64,000 bases of DNA, taken from NCBI GenBank assembly GCA_002633005.1, contig NMRA01000974.1, positions 1-64,000 on the forward strand, read 5' to 3'. Below, one piece after another: positions 51,569-64,000 of this stretch. This DNA comes from Phoronis australis (Eukaryota > Animalia > Phoronida). The position numbers and the translations under genes are program-made. The stretch's first letter is position 1. Every line of letters starts with the position of its first letter. The notes beneath the pieces were generated by a model that was not told the origin of the DNA, did no database searches, and was given only the letters and a program-made list of their open reading frames with translations.

Positions 51569-54500
51569 TTATTTGGACAAAAACAACTGCAGGAGACTCT
51601 GGATTTTCACTGAGCGATTTCTTTCAAAAACCTGTGCTAAATCATCTGCGAGTCCAAGATTGAGTATGGTGTTATCAGACGTACGCTGTTGGTAAATTTG
51701 ATACAAGCACCATCTCAATGACTGGTGTTTCATGAGAAGAATAAAAATATAGCATTCTGAAAACGCACGAAGTTGCTGAACCGACTATAACAGTAACACC
51801 TCATTATGGGACAACTGTCTGATTTCTACGTGAGGCACTCTCTGCACTTCCAAGAATTGAACACTCTTTAGTTAACTCGGATATCATCGTTTACCTTTTC
51901 AATGGGAAGAAACTTTTGACTTCCCCAGTAAGTAGACAAGTCGCAGAATGCCGGAGCCGGTAGGTTGGTCATCAGAGTAAAGCTGGATAAGAACGCCCAC
52001 CTTCGGACGGGACTTTCATTACTTCCGCTTCGGTGCAGCAGGTTAGAATGGAAAAAGAGTGCGTCACCTACGGAAGATTTGGAGGTGACTGCTCTGTAAG
52101 ATTGAGTAAGAGACTGCAATAACCAAGGTTGTATTTTGCTATCTCTTAACATTATGGATCCCATCATTTCGAGAGAGCGCCAACCCTGCCTCTTAAAACT
52201 TTTCACTGATGTTACATCAAATTCAAGGAGGGGGCCAATGCTAGCGGTGAGAATCGGCAATTAACGTTTCAGAATGAATTAATTGGAAATATTTCCCATT
52301 CGAGGTTTGATTCGTAATCAGCATCGAGTACTGACAAGGCTGTCTACTATGAGTAGGCAATGAGACCGGGGCTTAGTTCCGTAGATGCAAGAATCTCGGG
52401 AATAAATCTTGTGCAATCACGCGATTCCTTGTAATGCATAGAGATATCTCGTAAAGACTTGCGTGATTTTGCGTTTTCACGAGTGTATTGCGTCTAAAAA
52501 GATGTTTTGTTTCTCTAGTCAACAAGAGTTTGCTGTCCTACGCAACCAGACGAATTGCAGTGACTCAGAAGCCATGTTTACCTGACTTTTTAAAAATATT
52601 TTTAGCAATACCTGATAAACATTGGTGTGCGGCGAAGGAGACTTCGCTGTCTCTTTTAGGTGAATTACAATTTTTTTAACGAGATCACAAATCCTCGAAT
52701 CATTGCAACACCAGTCCAAGTCATCCCGAGTCATTTGATAAACGATGTGTTGTTTACTGCGTGGCCACTGGAGACACAGTAGGCCATTCCTTTCCCCCCG
52801 GGTTCATTGCAAAAAGTCCTAATTCAGTCGAAAATTGTTTCAATTTTGAGTTCGGACCCCCTTTTCATTGCAAAGTGACTCAATGTTGCTTCTCTTTTCA
52901 GCAATTCTCCGAGACTAGACTGATGTAGCCTACTCTGGCTCGTGATTGGGTCATAGAGGTTACAGAGTGGTCCCTCCGTCACACTAATAAATGCGGAAAT
53001 AACCCACGTGACTTTCCAAGCAAGGAAATCAATACAATCAGGAACTTGATTGGATTTTCAGCTTACATGAAGCCAAGTGGGCGTTGGGGGCCAGAATGAG
53101 TGTATCAGTCACTCTCCCCGGCAAGTCGCTAACAACTTCACGTTTGTTCCCCTGTTGAATACTTCTGGCTAAGCCAGTCGGCGTGTTTACTCTGTTCACG
53201 GGAATTCGTCATCAGGGCTTATTNAGCGGCTTCACGGGCAATAAAATGTAATCGACCGAATAGATTCGTCGACCACAGATTTACCCTGTGGTTTTTCCGC
53301 TTGATCCCAGACCGCCCCGAGTTGCTCCAGCAGCCAACTCGGGGCGGTCTCTCACGAGGGTTTAGCGTTATGTCTCGTTGTATTTTCGACAAAACGATAT
53401 TGTTTCCAAAAAGAAACACAGAGTTTGCCCCTATTGCCTGGAAGTGGTCCTACCTGGTTGCATCTCAACGTCCATTAACGGAAGTGATTTCTCTAGCTCT
53501 TTGACACGCATGGGCTCTGCTTGTCTCTGGGCACCAACATACACGTGATCTATCCGGCCGCATTTGTGAGAACCCCTCAATACCTTAACGACACATCGAA
53601 AAACCAGAACATTATGTGCTGAACATTTTGCAGTGTTAAGAAAGAAGTTATTTTTGATATCTCTTACATTAATGGGACACTTCCACAATAGGCAACTCTA
53701 GATGACCATATAAACCGAGATTACTTAGAACACGGAATACATGTAGGCCTTAGTCTCAAATGTCTTCATACCAACGATAGAAAACAATGTAGAGCCACAA
53801 GCGGGACCATTTAAGGTTTGTCAAGTAAAATGAGTGTTAAAATGTCATCAATTTTGACAAAATTGGTAAACACTTTCATGACTGGCCAACTTCGACATCG
53901 CTTTGACTCGTTTGGGCTATATAATGGCTAGGAATACTGTGTAGTTAATAAGTTTATTTCATCGATAATTTCAATGTTTAGGATACATCTGAATTGATTT
54001 AAGGCTCGATTTGGTGACATGCTGCTTACCAATGCGACCTCTCAGATTTTGTTTGGCGACCTGTTAAAAATCCTAAGTCCCCGATCAAAGCAGATTTTTT
54101 GTAACAGAACGTGAACTTGCGGGTGCCGCAACAGCGTTCTTTTGGTCACGGACTAGAAAGAGCACGCTGTAGGGCTACCACAAATGGGGTTCCCTTGTTT
54201 TGGCGAGCTTATTTCCCATTTGGCCAGTTGATGCTCTGCCTTATGAGGTACAAAGGGTCGAGCCCTGTGATTACTTGTTGATTTCAATTGACTTTTCTCA
54301 CAGTCCTTGAAAAGTCTTAGTAATTTTGAAACACAAGCACTCCTTCAAAGGATAATAGTAAAATACATTATTCCGGATATTTCCTACTACAAATTCATCA
54401 CTTCAATTTAATGTCGCAATCATCGTTCGATTCGTGGTTTCAATGGTCAAATTCAAGTCGGTGGCGTCATGCCCAGATACAGATTGGGTTACACAAAATA

Positions 54501-57500
54501 TAATAACATGCTATATAGCCAAAGACTAGATAGCTGTTCTTAAAGGAGCATGCCACCCAAAAAGTAACCTAATTTGTATCAATTTAAATTGAGTAGTTCT
54601 ACTCCATAACGACACGTACGGTTGCGTTACCTGACACCTGACGTCAGACGGAGGTGTTGAAATTATCCAATGACGTCATCGGTTTCACCCGCAGTCTGTT
54701 CAGCAGCTCACAACACGGGTTACTGGTGTCAGCTTATCGCTTGAAGTCATCGTTTAACACCAATAAATCATCAAACTTCGATGCAAAACCATTAAAACAC
54801 ACCGAATTCTTATAAAAGCGTGTTGTTTCATTTCGCTCTTACGGATTTATTGGTATTTGGACACACCGTAGCCTACAAAGTTCGGCAGGCCAATAAAGTC
54901 CGTAGCAGAAGTTTGGGGTCGGACTAGATAATTTCGAAGTATTTTCCGTGAGATGCAGACAGGAGAACCTAGATCTGTGTTGTTTAGACTTGTGATTTTT
55001 TGAGTTCTAAACACAAAACGCTTGTTAGCCTAGCCAGTGGCTCGGAGTACGATCAGAGGCCCGTCGCGGCCGGTCGCCGGGATTGACTCGTTATCCCCGC
55101 CAGTGGCTCGGAAACTGATCGGACATCAAGAACATAAACCAGCCAAAATTCAGTGGAAACTAAACTTCCAGTCAAAAAATACTATATTAGTGAGCCCAAG
55201 TAATGTGCTCCTGATTATGTTGGTGAATTAGCCACGAAACTGCAAATCTACTTACTACCGGGTTTCGCTTTGGCCACAGCACCGTCAAGGCAAAAGTTGT
55301 ACATTGACAATAATTATTTGAGTAATGTAAATGTAAATAAAGATTCCCTTAACACCTGGCCGTGGGATGAAAATTGAGTTGTTTCACAACAGTTTCTGCC
55401 AGCAAACACTAAATTAGCATGACCTCACACGGCCTAGGTGTCCCGTCAATTAGTTTTATTGCACCTAAAGCCGGTAACGCAGTGATTTATTCATTGCTGG
55501 CTTCTCAAATCATTTGCACTCACGAACACTCCAAAGGCATTACAAGTTGCATCTAATGATACAGACTTTGTTTCAGTTTTATATAAGTATTGGTTAGGGT
55601 GAGAATAATTCATTTTGAAACAGAACGCTCAGTAATAAGCGCCAACATGGCAACTCGCAATCCCGACTTAGGACGAGCTAGAGCTCATCAGTCCCGACTT
55701 CGCGGGTGGATCGTTAAGTTTTACCTGGGAGTAATGATATTGGTCCTAGGTTTTACAGGCTATCAATTCGAAAAAGAATACAGTGATGAAGAAATACTAG
55801 AGAGGCGCCGTGAACAAGCTCAGACAACTGAACGTATGGAGTTATTTGGTAAGCCAGCATTCGTCAGGCACGGTCGATTCGTCTGCAGGCCAGAGACACG
55901 GAGATGTTTCACGGCCTCATATACTTGCTATTTACAGCGTACATTTCATTCTTCACTACCATGAGCCACTTCCTAAGCATTTCGGACTCTCGAGGAAGTA
56001 AAAAAAAACGTTATACCCGCTTTCCTCGAAGCTGCTTAGTTCGGACAAGCGAGATCGATGCACCGCAACATAGCGGCATTCACTCTGCATATGAACCACT
56101 GACGTCGCTAGCGTCGTTTCTCACCTTCCTCACAGGTTAACGCGACACCTCTTGGCAAGGTAAGGTCGACCGTATGCGAGGCGATGTGGATATAGACCGA
56201 TTAAGACGGCTAAAATGACTAATTAAATCGGGTGGCATTCTCCTTTAAGTCGGAAGTGTAACGTCAAGTTACAGCACACTACTAGTCAAGAGTAAAAGTG
56301 ACAAAGGTCATCACAAACTGCGACTCCAGTCAGGCACGGTACCTGTTCTAAGATACTTGAGATAGGTACTCATTCGACGACTATTAAGCGTTGTGAAACG
56401 AAAGTATCTTTCGAGTGACCCAATTTCTAATAATTTCTGGAGCGCAAAACATCGTAGGCCCAGTTTCATTCACGGTATTTTGAAACATTGGGAAAGTTCG
56501 TTTCAACAATTTGATAATCCAACCGTAATAGTTTCACCTGTAAGCATCCGTTCATTTTTGTACACGGGTCAAGCGCAATGAAAACTGTCAACATGTCCGG
56601 GATAAGAAACCCGTTGTCGTACCAGTATCTGAAATAATAAAATACAGTGTTAATCCGGGTACCTTGGTCTATCCACATTAAGTTTTCTGAGACATGCCTA
56701 CTCCATATCAAGAATTCCATGGTCTAATAAGTTAAAATTTCACATTGCTTCATGAGGGGACCTATATTGAACTGTAGCTTAATTTTAACTGGGCTGACTG
56801 GTAAGCTTACCCGTAGTCTTGATGCCACACGTGCTGCCCTCCCACGGCTGCATCTTTCATCATCAGCTTTGTGGCGTAATGAGATACCGTGCCGCCAAGG
56901 AGCTACAAAGGCACGTTACTAACTAGACAAAAGCACATTCGAGTGTCAACAAAGCCTCTCAACAGTACACGGGGTAACTGAGGCATCTTCGTTTTGATAC
57001 ACAAATTCAAAAATAGGCAGTGTGTTGGTAGCTAGTCTTTTGCTCTCATTTATCCTCAACACTACTTTTTCTCAAGGTAAACCACAATTTTCCTACGAAA
57101 TTACTTCTTGTATGATGAACCAAGCTTTTTCTTATATCAGCGTTCTTTTATTCATACAGTTACTCGTGAAAAAGAAAGATCCAGTAAAGGGTAGTAAGAA
57201 CATTTGTGATGTTCGTGAGTAATAAAAACTGTTCACCCTCAAATGGGAAACTATTTCATCTCCGTAACCCAGACGTTTCATAAAAAATTCACATTAATCT
57301 ACACAGAGTGTCTCCAGAACTCTACTTACACTTCAGTACAACGCCTGGAATTCAAATTCAGTTCCCGTTGGCCAGACTCTGAGCCTACTGTATAGTAGGT
57401 ATACTTTGCTGTGAAAGTAGGCGCGTGAGTTGTCACGTGGCCTTCATGCACGTGTATGGCAGGTAAACTCAGTTTTTTGGAAAACGAACATTTATTGTGC

Positions 57501-60500
57501 AAATCTTACAGGAAACTAAAAAAACGTTGAAGAAATGCAAAGTCAGGTTAAAAGACGCTTTCACAAAGATTCACCAATATTTGTTTCGGTCACCTTTTGA
57601 ATTTAAACCAGTTATCTTGTTCATAAAACATTAAACAAATTTTTGAGAAATCGTGTACATTAGACAAGCTACAAATTACTACCAGAAAAGATGAACGTCA
57701 GTCTAAACTCTAGTTTTTGTTACTTCGAGTTGAAAAGTATCAAGCTCAAATTTCATAGCATGCGCACACCCAGCCTAAAAATGTGGGAAGTGCTCGAATT
57801 TTTGAGAACGTGGACCTTTTGCTAAAAAAATAAAAAACGGGGTATGTTCAGAGCTACGAATTGTGCATTCGCCGAATTTTGGTAGTTCCTGTCATTTTAG
57901 TGAGCTTTTGTCTTGTTTTCTACTTTTTCCGACATTTTGAATCTCTGAGGCGGACATTTTTGCCCCCTTCGCCAGACAGAGGGTTGGACTTGTTCGAGCC
58001 CCTCAAGCCCCCCCAAGGGTGTGCGTATGACGTACTAAGGTTTTCATGTTGATCGATACATACTTGACTAGTATTTCACCAGATGGCGTAGTTACAGAGG
58101 GTATCACAATAAAATGTCTATACTAAACCTGTTCGGACGTAGAGGCCACTTTCTCACAACGCGCCACCATTCCTGTGATGTCATTTCCGGGATATTTCCA
58201 TAAGCACATTCTGAATTTTTTTCCGAATCCATCGTCGAGCTACAATCACAACAGATGCGAAACAATGACACTTGCGTGCATTACGCAGTGAATGAATTAG
58301 TTCAACAGGAACATGTTCAGATTGATTTAGTTTTCAAATTACACTAAGCGCTACATCTCATTTCCCTAAAGGCAACTACTATGCTTCTCACCGGTTGCGA
58401 TTATAATAGGAACTTACCAAACAGAGCCCAGACTTATGTAGTCGGCCTCTTTTGCTTGGCTATTAGTGGGGAACGGAGATGAGTGTCAGCATTAACCGCT
58501 GCTTGTCCGTGGCAACATTCTTTTCCGCTAATTTTAGACACTGTGGATTATAAAAACTAAACCAGGCATTACAAAAACTGACTGAACTTTTTCATAGCTT
58601 GAACGACGAAAATCGTTAACTACACCAAAAGAAAGTAACGCGCATTACAACTGCAGTTCATGTGTCTCAACCTCTAATGTGTAAGCTGCCTGAGCAACAG
58701 AATGGGACAACGTGACTTGTGTACAGCACCATTTATCAGAGTAAAGTGACCTTAGTACCCCCAAATATACATTGTTATTTGAATGGGAAGCGCTTCATGT
58801 AGAAATTCATGACTTCGACTTTACCCCCGCGTGGGACCACAGATAGACTCTTTACCTATCTTATGCATCCGGGCAGATGGGCATGAGCTGTCACGTGACC
58901 CCTCTTGCGGCATTTTCATTGCCCATTTCCTGAGATGATGCATTTTTACGTATCGTTTACACATCGTCATTGTTATGTATTGTACTTTGTCATAACCATA
59001 TTGCCCATGTTTGCCTACTATTAGTCTCCTTTCCGTCGCTGGGAACAAAAAGTGGGACTTACCTATTCACATAAGATACCGTAGTTATATCGAACACACA
59101 AGGTTAAATAGCTAATCTATAGTAATTGCCAAAAACTTGAGGTATGACTCGTCCAGGTTTAGCCCATGCCTGGCTTAACACCCACACCCTGTTTCTTAGA
59201 TTCTTAATTTAAGCGCCCTGGGCAGTAGGCCTACGGTATAACACGAATTTCTGTACTAGGCATTATTGGATTAGACAAGAGACCGTAGGCCAGTTCGGAA
59301 CAAAATTTTCTCCATATGAATGATTTTTATCAGTTCCTTAGTGATGGCACGGTGTTTCTGACCAATCAGCTATATTTATCCCAATGTTTCTGACTACAAC
59401 TAACAGTGTCTTGTGAAGTTACAGGTTGGTTCTCAGTCAACTTGATGCTCAACAAGAGCGTTGAAATGCGCCCACGAATGTATCGCAAATGGTGTGCTTT
59501 TAGGATTATTTATTTGTATCATAAAATGGCCACTGGATTGCGCAAAAACGTACAATCCATCCAAAAATGGGAACATGCCATATTTCATAAAAATCTGTCA
59601 AGGAACTTCAGAGAAACAAAGGAAAACAGAACAAAATGAAATTGCCACTTGTGGGCACAGCGTCCTTTCCATCCGCCTGAAAGTCGTCGTCTATTATCTT
59701 CATACAAATTCACTTACTAAATTTAATATAGATCCTGCAGTGGGTTTTGGAGATACAGCTACGAGCGCAAAACAAAACATAACTACCACTAGGAGGCGCC
59801 AAAGTAGTCAGTCACCATCATCAAACGTCCTCTTCACACTGAAAACATGTACGCCAATTTTCAAAACCATCCCTAGAACGATTTGGTTCATCGAGGGGTG
59901 GACGCCAAACACAAGATTTGAAAACACCAAAAATGGCCACCAGGTGGTGCAAAATACCTCGTTTCCATCCAAAACAGGATGATAGCGTCCTCTCACCAAT
60001 AGATGCCTATATTCAAAATTTTATGAAAATCTGTTGAGGACCTTTGAAGATACAGACTCTGGTAAACGTAAAAAACTAAAATTGCCACTAGGGGGCACAC
60101 CAGAAGTCAGATCTGTCCGAAAGTCGTCGTCGTCCATTGTCAACATCATGTAAATACACTTGCTAAATTAAGTAAAGATCCTGCAAACGGTTTAATAGAT
60201 ATAGTCATGAGCGCAAAAAAAACACGAAACTGCCACTAGGAGGCGCTACAGTAGTCGAACTCGTCGAAAAATCGTCGTCAGCAGTCGACTTCATAGTAAA
60301 AGCATACAAGCAAATTTTCACAATTATCCTGAAAGCCGTTTGGTTGATAGACGAGTGGACGCGAAAAACAGACTCGAAAACAATAAAAATGGCCACTAGG
60401 TGGCGCAAACTAGGTCGAATCCATCTGAAAACGGAGAGATAGTGTCACCTCATTAACAGATGCCTATATGCCAAATTTTATGAAAATACGTTGAGGACCT

Positions 60501-62256
60501 TTGAACATACAGAGGTAAACGTAAAAAAAAAATAAAATTGCCACTAAGAGGCACACCAGTAGTCAGATCCGTTTGAAAGTCGTCGTCCTCCGGTGTGAAC
60601 ATCATATAAATACACTTACTAAATTTAGTTAAGCATGATCCTGCGAACGGTTTAGGGGATACAGCCATAGGCGTTAAAAAACAAAACTGCCACTAGAAGG
60701 CGCCACAGTAGTCGAAGTCGTCGGAAAATCATCGTCAGCCGTCCACTTTATAGTAAGAACCTATATGCCAATTTTCACAATCATCCTTTGAGCAGTTTGG
60801 TTGATAGAGGGGTGGACGCAAAAAAACAGACTCGCAAACAGAAAAAAATGGCCACTAGGTGGCGCAAACCACATCAACTCCATCTGAAAACGGGAGCATA
60901 GCGTCATCTCACTAATAGGTGCCTATATACCAAATTTTATGAAAATCCGTTCAGGACTTTTGAAGAGACAGAGGTAAACGTAAAAAACTAAAATTGCCTC
61001 TAGGGGTACATCGGTAGTCGGATCCGTCCGAAAGTTCGCTCATGCCGTCCCATTTACAGAAGGAACACATGTGCAAAATTTCATGAACATACGTCAAGGC
61101 GTTTCATGGAAATAGAGCAGCGGACGCCGGACGCCGGACGGACGGACGCCGGACGGACGGATGGAGATAACGGCATAATGCGTCAACATATAAATATGTG
61201 GGTGCATAAAAACAACTGACATCAAACTCGTTCTCATCTTTGTACAGATGGAAAATGTGAGAGCAGGGATGTGCGATCGGAGGACACAATACACTCGCGA
61301 AGCAGTTGTGGCGAGAAATCTCCGGTCATGGCATTACGACTAATTCAACCATCCAATCTCACTGACCAATCACTACAGTGGCCGCCATTCAGTAAGGGTT
61401 GCTAGTGAGTTCTCGCGCAAATATACACGTGAAAACTCGAGTGATCTTGCCTTTGCGACTTTTCCGCGTTTACAGCCGAATACATCCTGATTTTGTAGCG
61501 ATAAGTTGTCTCATTTAGAAGTTATGACATCGTCAACTAAAAGTGTTTTGTGTCTATAATGAAAACAGACCGGTGACTGGAATATGGAATATTATGCCGC
61601 GAACTCGATCCAGTAATACCGTACACGCGTACAATAAGGCCCAAAGCGCGAAGCATAATTATGCATTTTACTGAAAGTTAATTTAAAACCAAAAAGGAGC
61701 GCATTGTTAAGATACGATGATAAAGGTTGACGGCGTTGACGTGTTTTCAATGTAAAGATTAACAATTTAAAGGGCTACTAAGTAGGCCTACGTCTGTCCG
61801 TTTTCCTAAAGGAGACTGGCAGACTTGAAAACTTTCTTCACGAGGAGCCACAATTGGGCTCTCGTGCTTTTGCTCAGGTGTTTTCTGCAATGGGCCCAAC
61901 CATGAGGCCTGCGCACGTCTGATGCACCGCAAATGACATCAGACCACCTGCACTGTTTTTTAAGTACGCCTACGGACAAAACTTGTGCACAAAGACTCAC
62001 TTGCGCCTATAAGAGAACCTTTAATGTATGCGCCTCTGCCTGCGAACACTTTCGCAAACCCGATACAGCTCATTCGCAGGCGTAAGGACCTAAATATGGG
62101 GACAGATCATCTCTTGAATTCAGTTGCTTCATAAGAGTTTTTGATACACTATTGAAACAAGATTAAGTACATACCTTGTAAGCATGCTTTGCTATACCTT
62201 CGTCATTTTCCACGGCCTCGAGAAGTTTCATCGTTTCATTTAGGGTAAAAAGCTCC
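51569..62256 (-). CDS. PhyH-family Fe(II)/2-oxoglutarate dioxygenase (ectoine hydroxylase / L-proline trans-4-hydroxylase-like). Exons 62256-62175, 58239-58129, 56902-56811, 56628-56538, 53583-53454, 52067-51895, 51685-51569. The 5' end near 62306-62393 is unresolved
   Basis: [22 protein letters not shown]...[11 protein letters not shown] (HxD), [18 protein letters not shown] and [27 protein letters not shown] (distal His and 2OG Arg). GT-AG phases are consistent. The last exon is less certain. Confidence 0.9.
53309..53350. repeat. Perfect 16-bp GC-rich hairpin with a 10-nt loop
   Basis: AGACCGCCCCGAGTTG-ctccagcagc-CAACTCGGGGCGGTCT. Confidence 0.92.
54544..56244 (+). mobile_element. Non-autonomous Kolobok-like DNA transposon (1.7 kb) with a TTAA TSD
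   Basis: TTAA|AGGAGCATGCCACCC ... GGGTGGCATTCTCCT|TTAA. Internal ORF remnant [18 protein letters not shown] (55647-55850). Confidence 0.82.
57760..58029. mobile_element. ~270-bp GC-ended MITE, copy 3
   Basis: CATGCGCACACCC...GGGTGTGCGTATG, homologous to 43145 and 48583. Confidence 0.8.
59451..61212 (+). mobile_element. HINE/pearl-like element, long complete copy 3
   Basis: AACAAGAGC start, subterminal ATGCGCCCAC / GTGGGTGCAT inverted pair, 11 motif-bearing subunits in a ~457-bp higher-order trimer, (GGAC)n microsatellite, terminal hairpin and TAAAAA. Confidence 0.92.
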
Positions 62257-64000
62257 CTAAAGTAAATAAATTCGAGAAGCCGATGACAGCCGATATAGAT
62301 CTTACCGTCCGTAAAATTGAAAATCCTTTCACCTGGTACTTCACCCCTCCCCCCTCCCCTCATGACCCAAATGAGCGACCCAGCCTGTTTCATATCACCT
62401 AGTGCTTCGTCAATAGACCGCTGACGTTATCAAGAGTCTTCTAATCACGAGCGCCTGACCTAAACTGGGCAACAAATTACGAAAAAACAATGACTTTAAT
62501 TTACGGCAATAAAGCACTGGTTGAAGTGATTGCGGTATAAGTTTTACAAAATGATGTTACTTTATTCAACTTGTTGACCAATATTTCAATCGGGACGGAG
62601 GGGTTCATATATTCATCCTGGTAGATAACTGGCGTGCGAGTCGTGATTCATATCGATATCCGCACAGCTGTCACGGTCTTCTAGTACTGAGGGCATAAAC
62701 GAGAACAACTGGTCCGCCAGGCAGTGCTTAGTTCAAACTAAGGTGCAAGAAGCCTACCTGACGAGAATAAAACCATTCTGTTTAAATGCAGCTTTTACGG
62801 CTGGAGTGACCTCGAATGAGTCGTTGTACACCAGTACTGTAAGAGTACCATATGACAATAAATCACGCATAATCAACCAGTGGCGGATTTGAAAGAGTAA
62901 AGGGCAATTAAACAGGGTTGCCGACCTTCATGTTTAATTAAAAACCCACTAAGAATTGGCAGGTGGTAGACCCTCAGCCGCAGTGGCCCTGGATCGCGAC
63001 CACTGGCTTGAACAGTGAGTTAGTTTCCGAAAAATGTGGAGGGAGTTTGACCACTGCAAAGCTTTCCGGGAATCGATCGGCGTGAAGCCATCAGCTCGCT
63101 GATCCCCTACGTGCCTAGCCAGCATGCAGGTATCACGTAGTGACACGAGCTTTAGCATTGGTTGATGTAACCTCAGTAGTCATTGGTTAGCTTTACAACA
63201 CAGTGAAAAATGGCGGTTTTGTTAGTGTTGTCATGCAACTGAGTGGCGTCGCAGCAACTATTTCGTTTCTGCAGTGATGTTTAATAGCCACGTGCTTGAA
63301 GCACGTACATGTACAAAAACACATCTGGCCGATTTAACGGCCTGTTATTCATTCTGTGTGAATACAGGACAGTATCGTAAACAAAAGTCATCGACAGTAG
63401 AAAGATGCACTCCCGCGAAAAGGCGCAACCACAATTTCTAGGATTCACCGATTTGTCTGCCCAGCAGACCACCGTGATTTTCATAAACTGCAGCCCATCA
63501 GTCATGGGAGTTTGTTTGCGTAAAGCGCTGCCTGTTGAGAATTCGACTAGCCAATCAGAAACCCCGGTGTAAAAACATTTCCCGAAGTGATACCTGCGTG
63601 CTGGCGCGGCTACCGCCCCACCTAGCGGCTCGCAGAGAACCAGCGAGGAGCCATCAGTAGCCAGCCTTCGCGAAGGTGATGGCTAAGAATGTCGACGGTT
63701 TAGTTAATTAAAATCTGCGTGCTCGTTGAATGTCTTGTGGAGCCGTTGTTCAGTAATGCATTCAGTAAACAAGTAACACGACGCGCGTGATGGCCTGACC
63801 TGACGTAGGTTACGACACGTCAGTGACCCCGACCCAGTGACCAGCGCCGGCAGCTCAATGGCTTTGTAGCACCAACAATGCCCTTGGAAATCCGAATGGC
63901 TAATCACAGTTTAAAAATCCCTTGCAGTCGCCAATAACAATGACCACTTTATCAGAATTTGTGAGACGAACCTGACTCGTCCTTGGCCTCCATCTGTACA

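Noticed and set aside
53180-53225. Hammerhead or SECIS on the minus strand (CTGATGACGAATTCCCGTGAAC), plus CTGANGA sites at ~40548, ~55685 and ~62758
   Set aside because: No GAAA after a proper stem II, no consistent stems I/III, no SECIS helix pairing, and no in-frame UGA selenoprotein.
58417-58460. Possible extra dioxygenase exon (GTAAGT donor)
   Set aside because: The flanking exons already join in frame (AYK|LDDG) and the peptide lacks family similarity.
59461-59982. 173-aa ORF and similar ORFs (8934, 9538, 24835, 26197) as a gene family
   Set aside because: Chance frames inside the HINE repeat. Stops and frameshifts differ among the copies.
61806-62000. WAHCRKH resembling an IS66 transposase motif
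   Set aside because: Short isolated similarity with no other transposase motifs or termini.

Overview
Intron-rich, AT-rich genomic DNA from an invertebrate animal. The repeat types suggest a mollusc or other lophotrochozoan, but this is not certain. Six genes could be assembled by hand from splice sites: Borealin/CDCA8 (-, 9 coding exons), head-to-head with C1orf109/AIRIM (+, 4 coding exons, one U12-type intron); TP53RK/Bud32 (-, 2 exons), head-to-head with an intronless FITM2 (+, frameshifted only by an inserted N); a coiled-coil + death-domain gene (-); and a PhyH-family Fe(II)/2-oxoglutarate dioxygenase (-). Introns and intergenic DNA hold many mobile elements: a solo LTR, a non-autonomous Kolobok, a foldback element, MITEs with 5-bp TSDs, LINE remnants and minisatellites. 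The most striking feature is an abundant Helentron/pearl(HINE)-like non-autonomous element whose ~150-bp internal subunits each carry a co-oriented CTCF-like motif (10-12 per long copy), i.e. a candidate mobile insulator array. All coordinates were read manually and no database searches were run.
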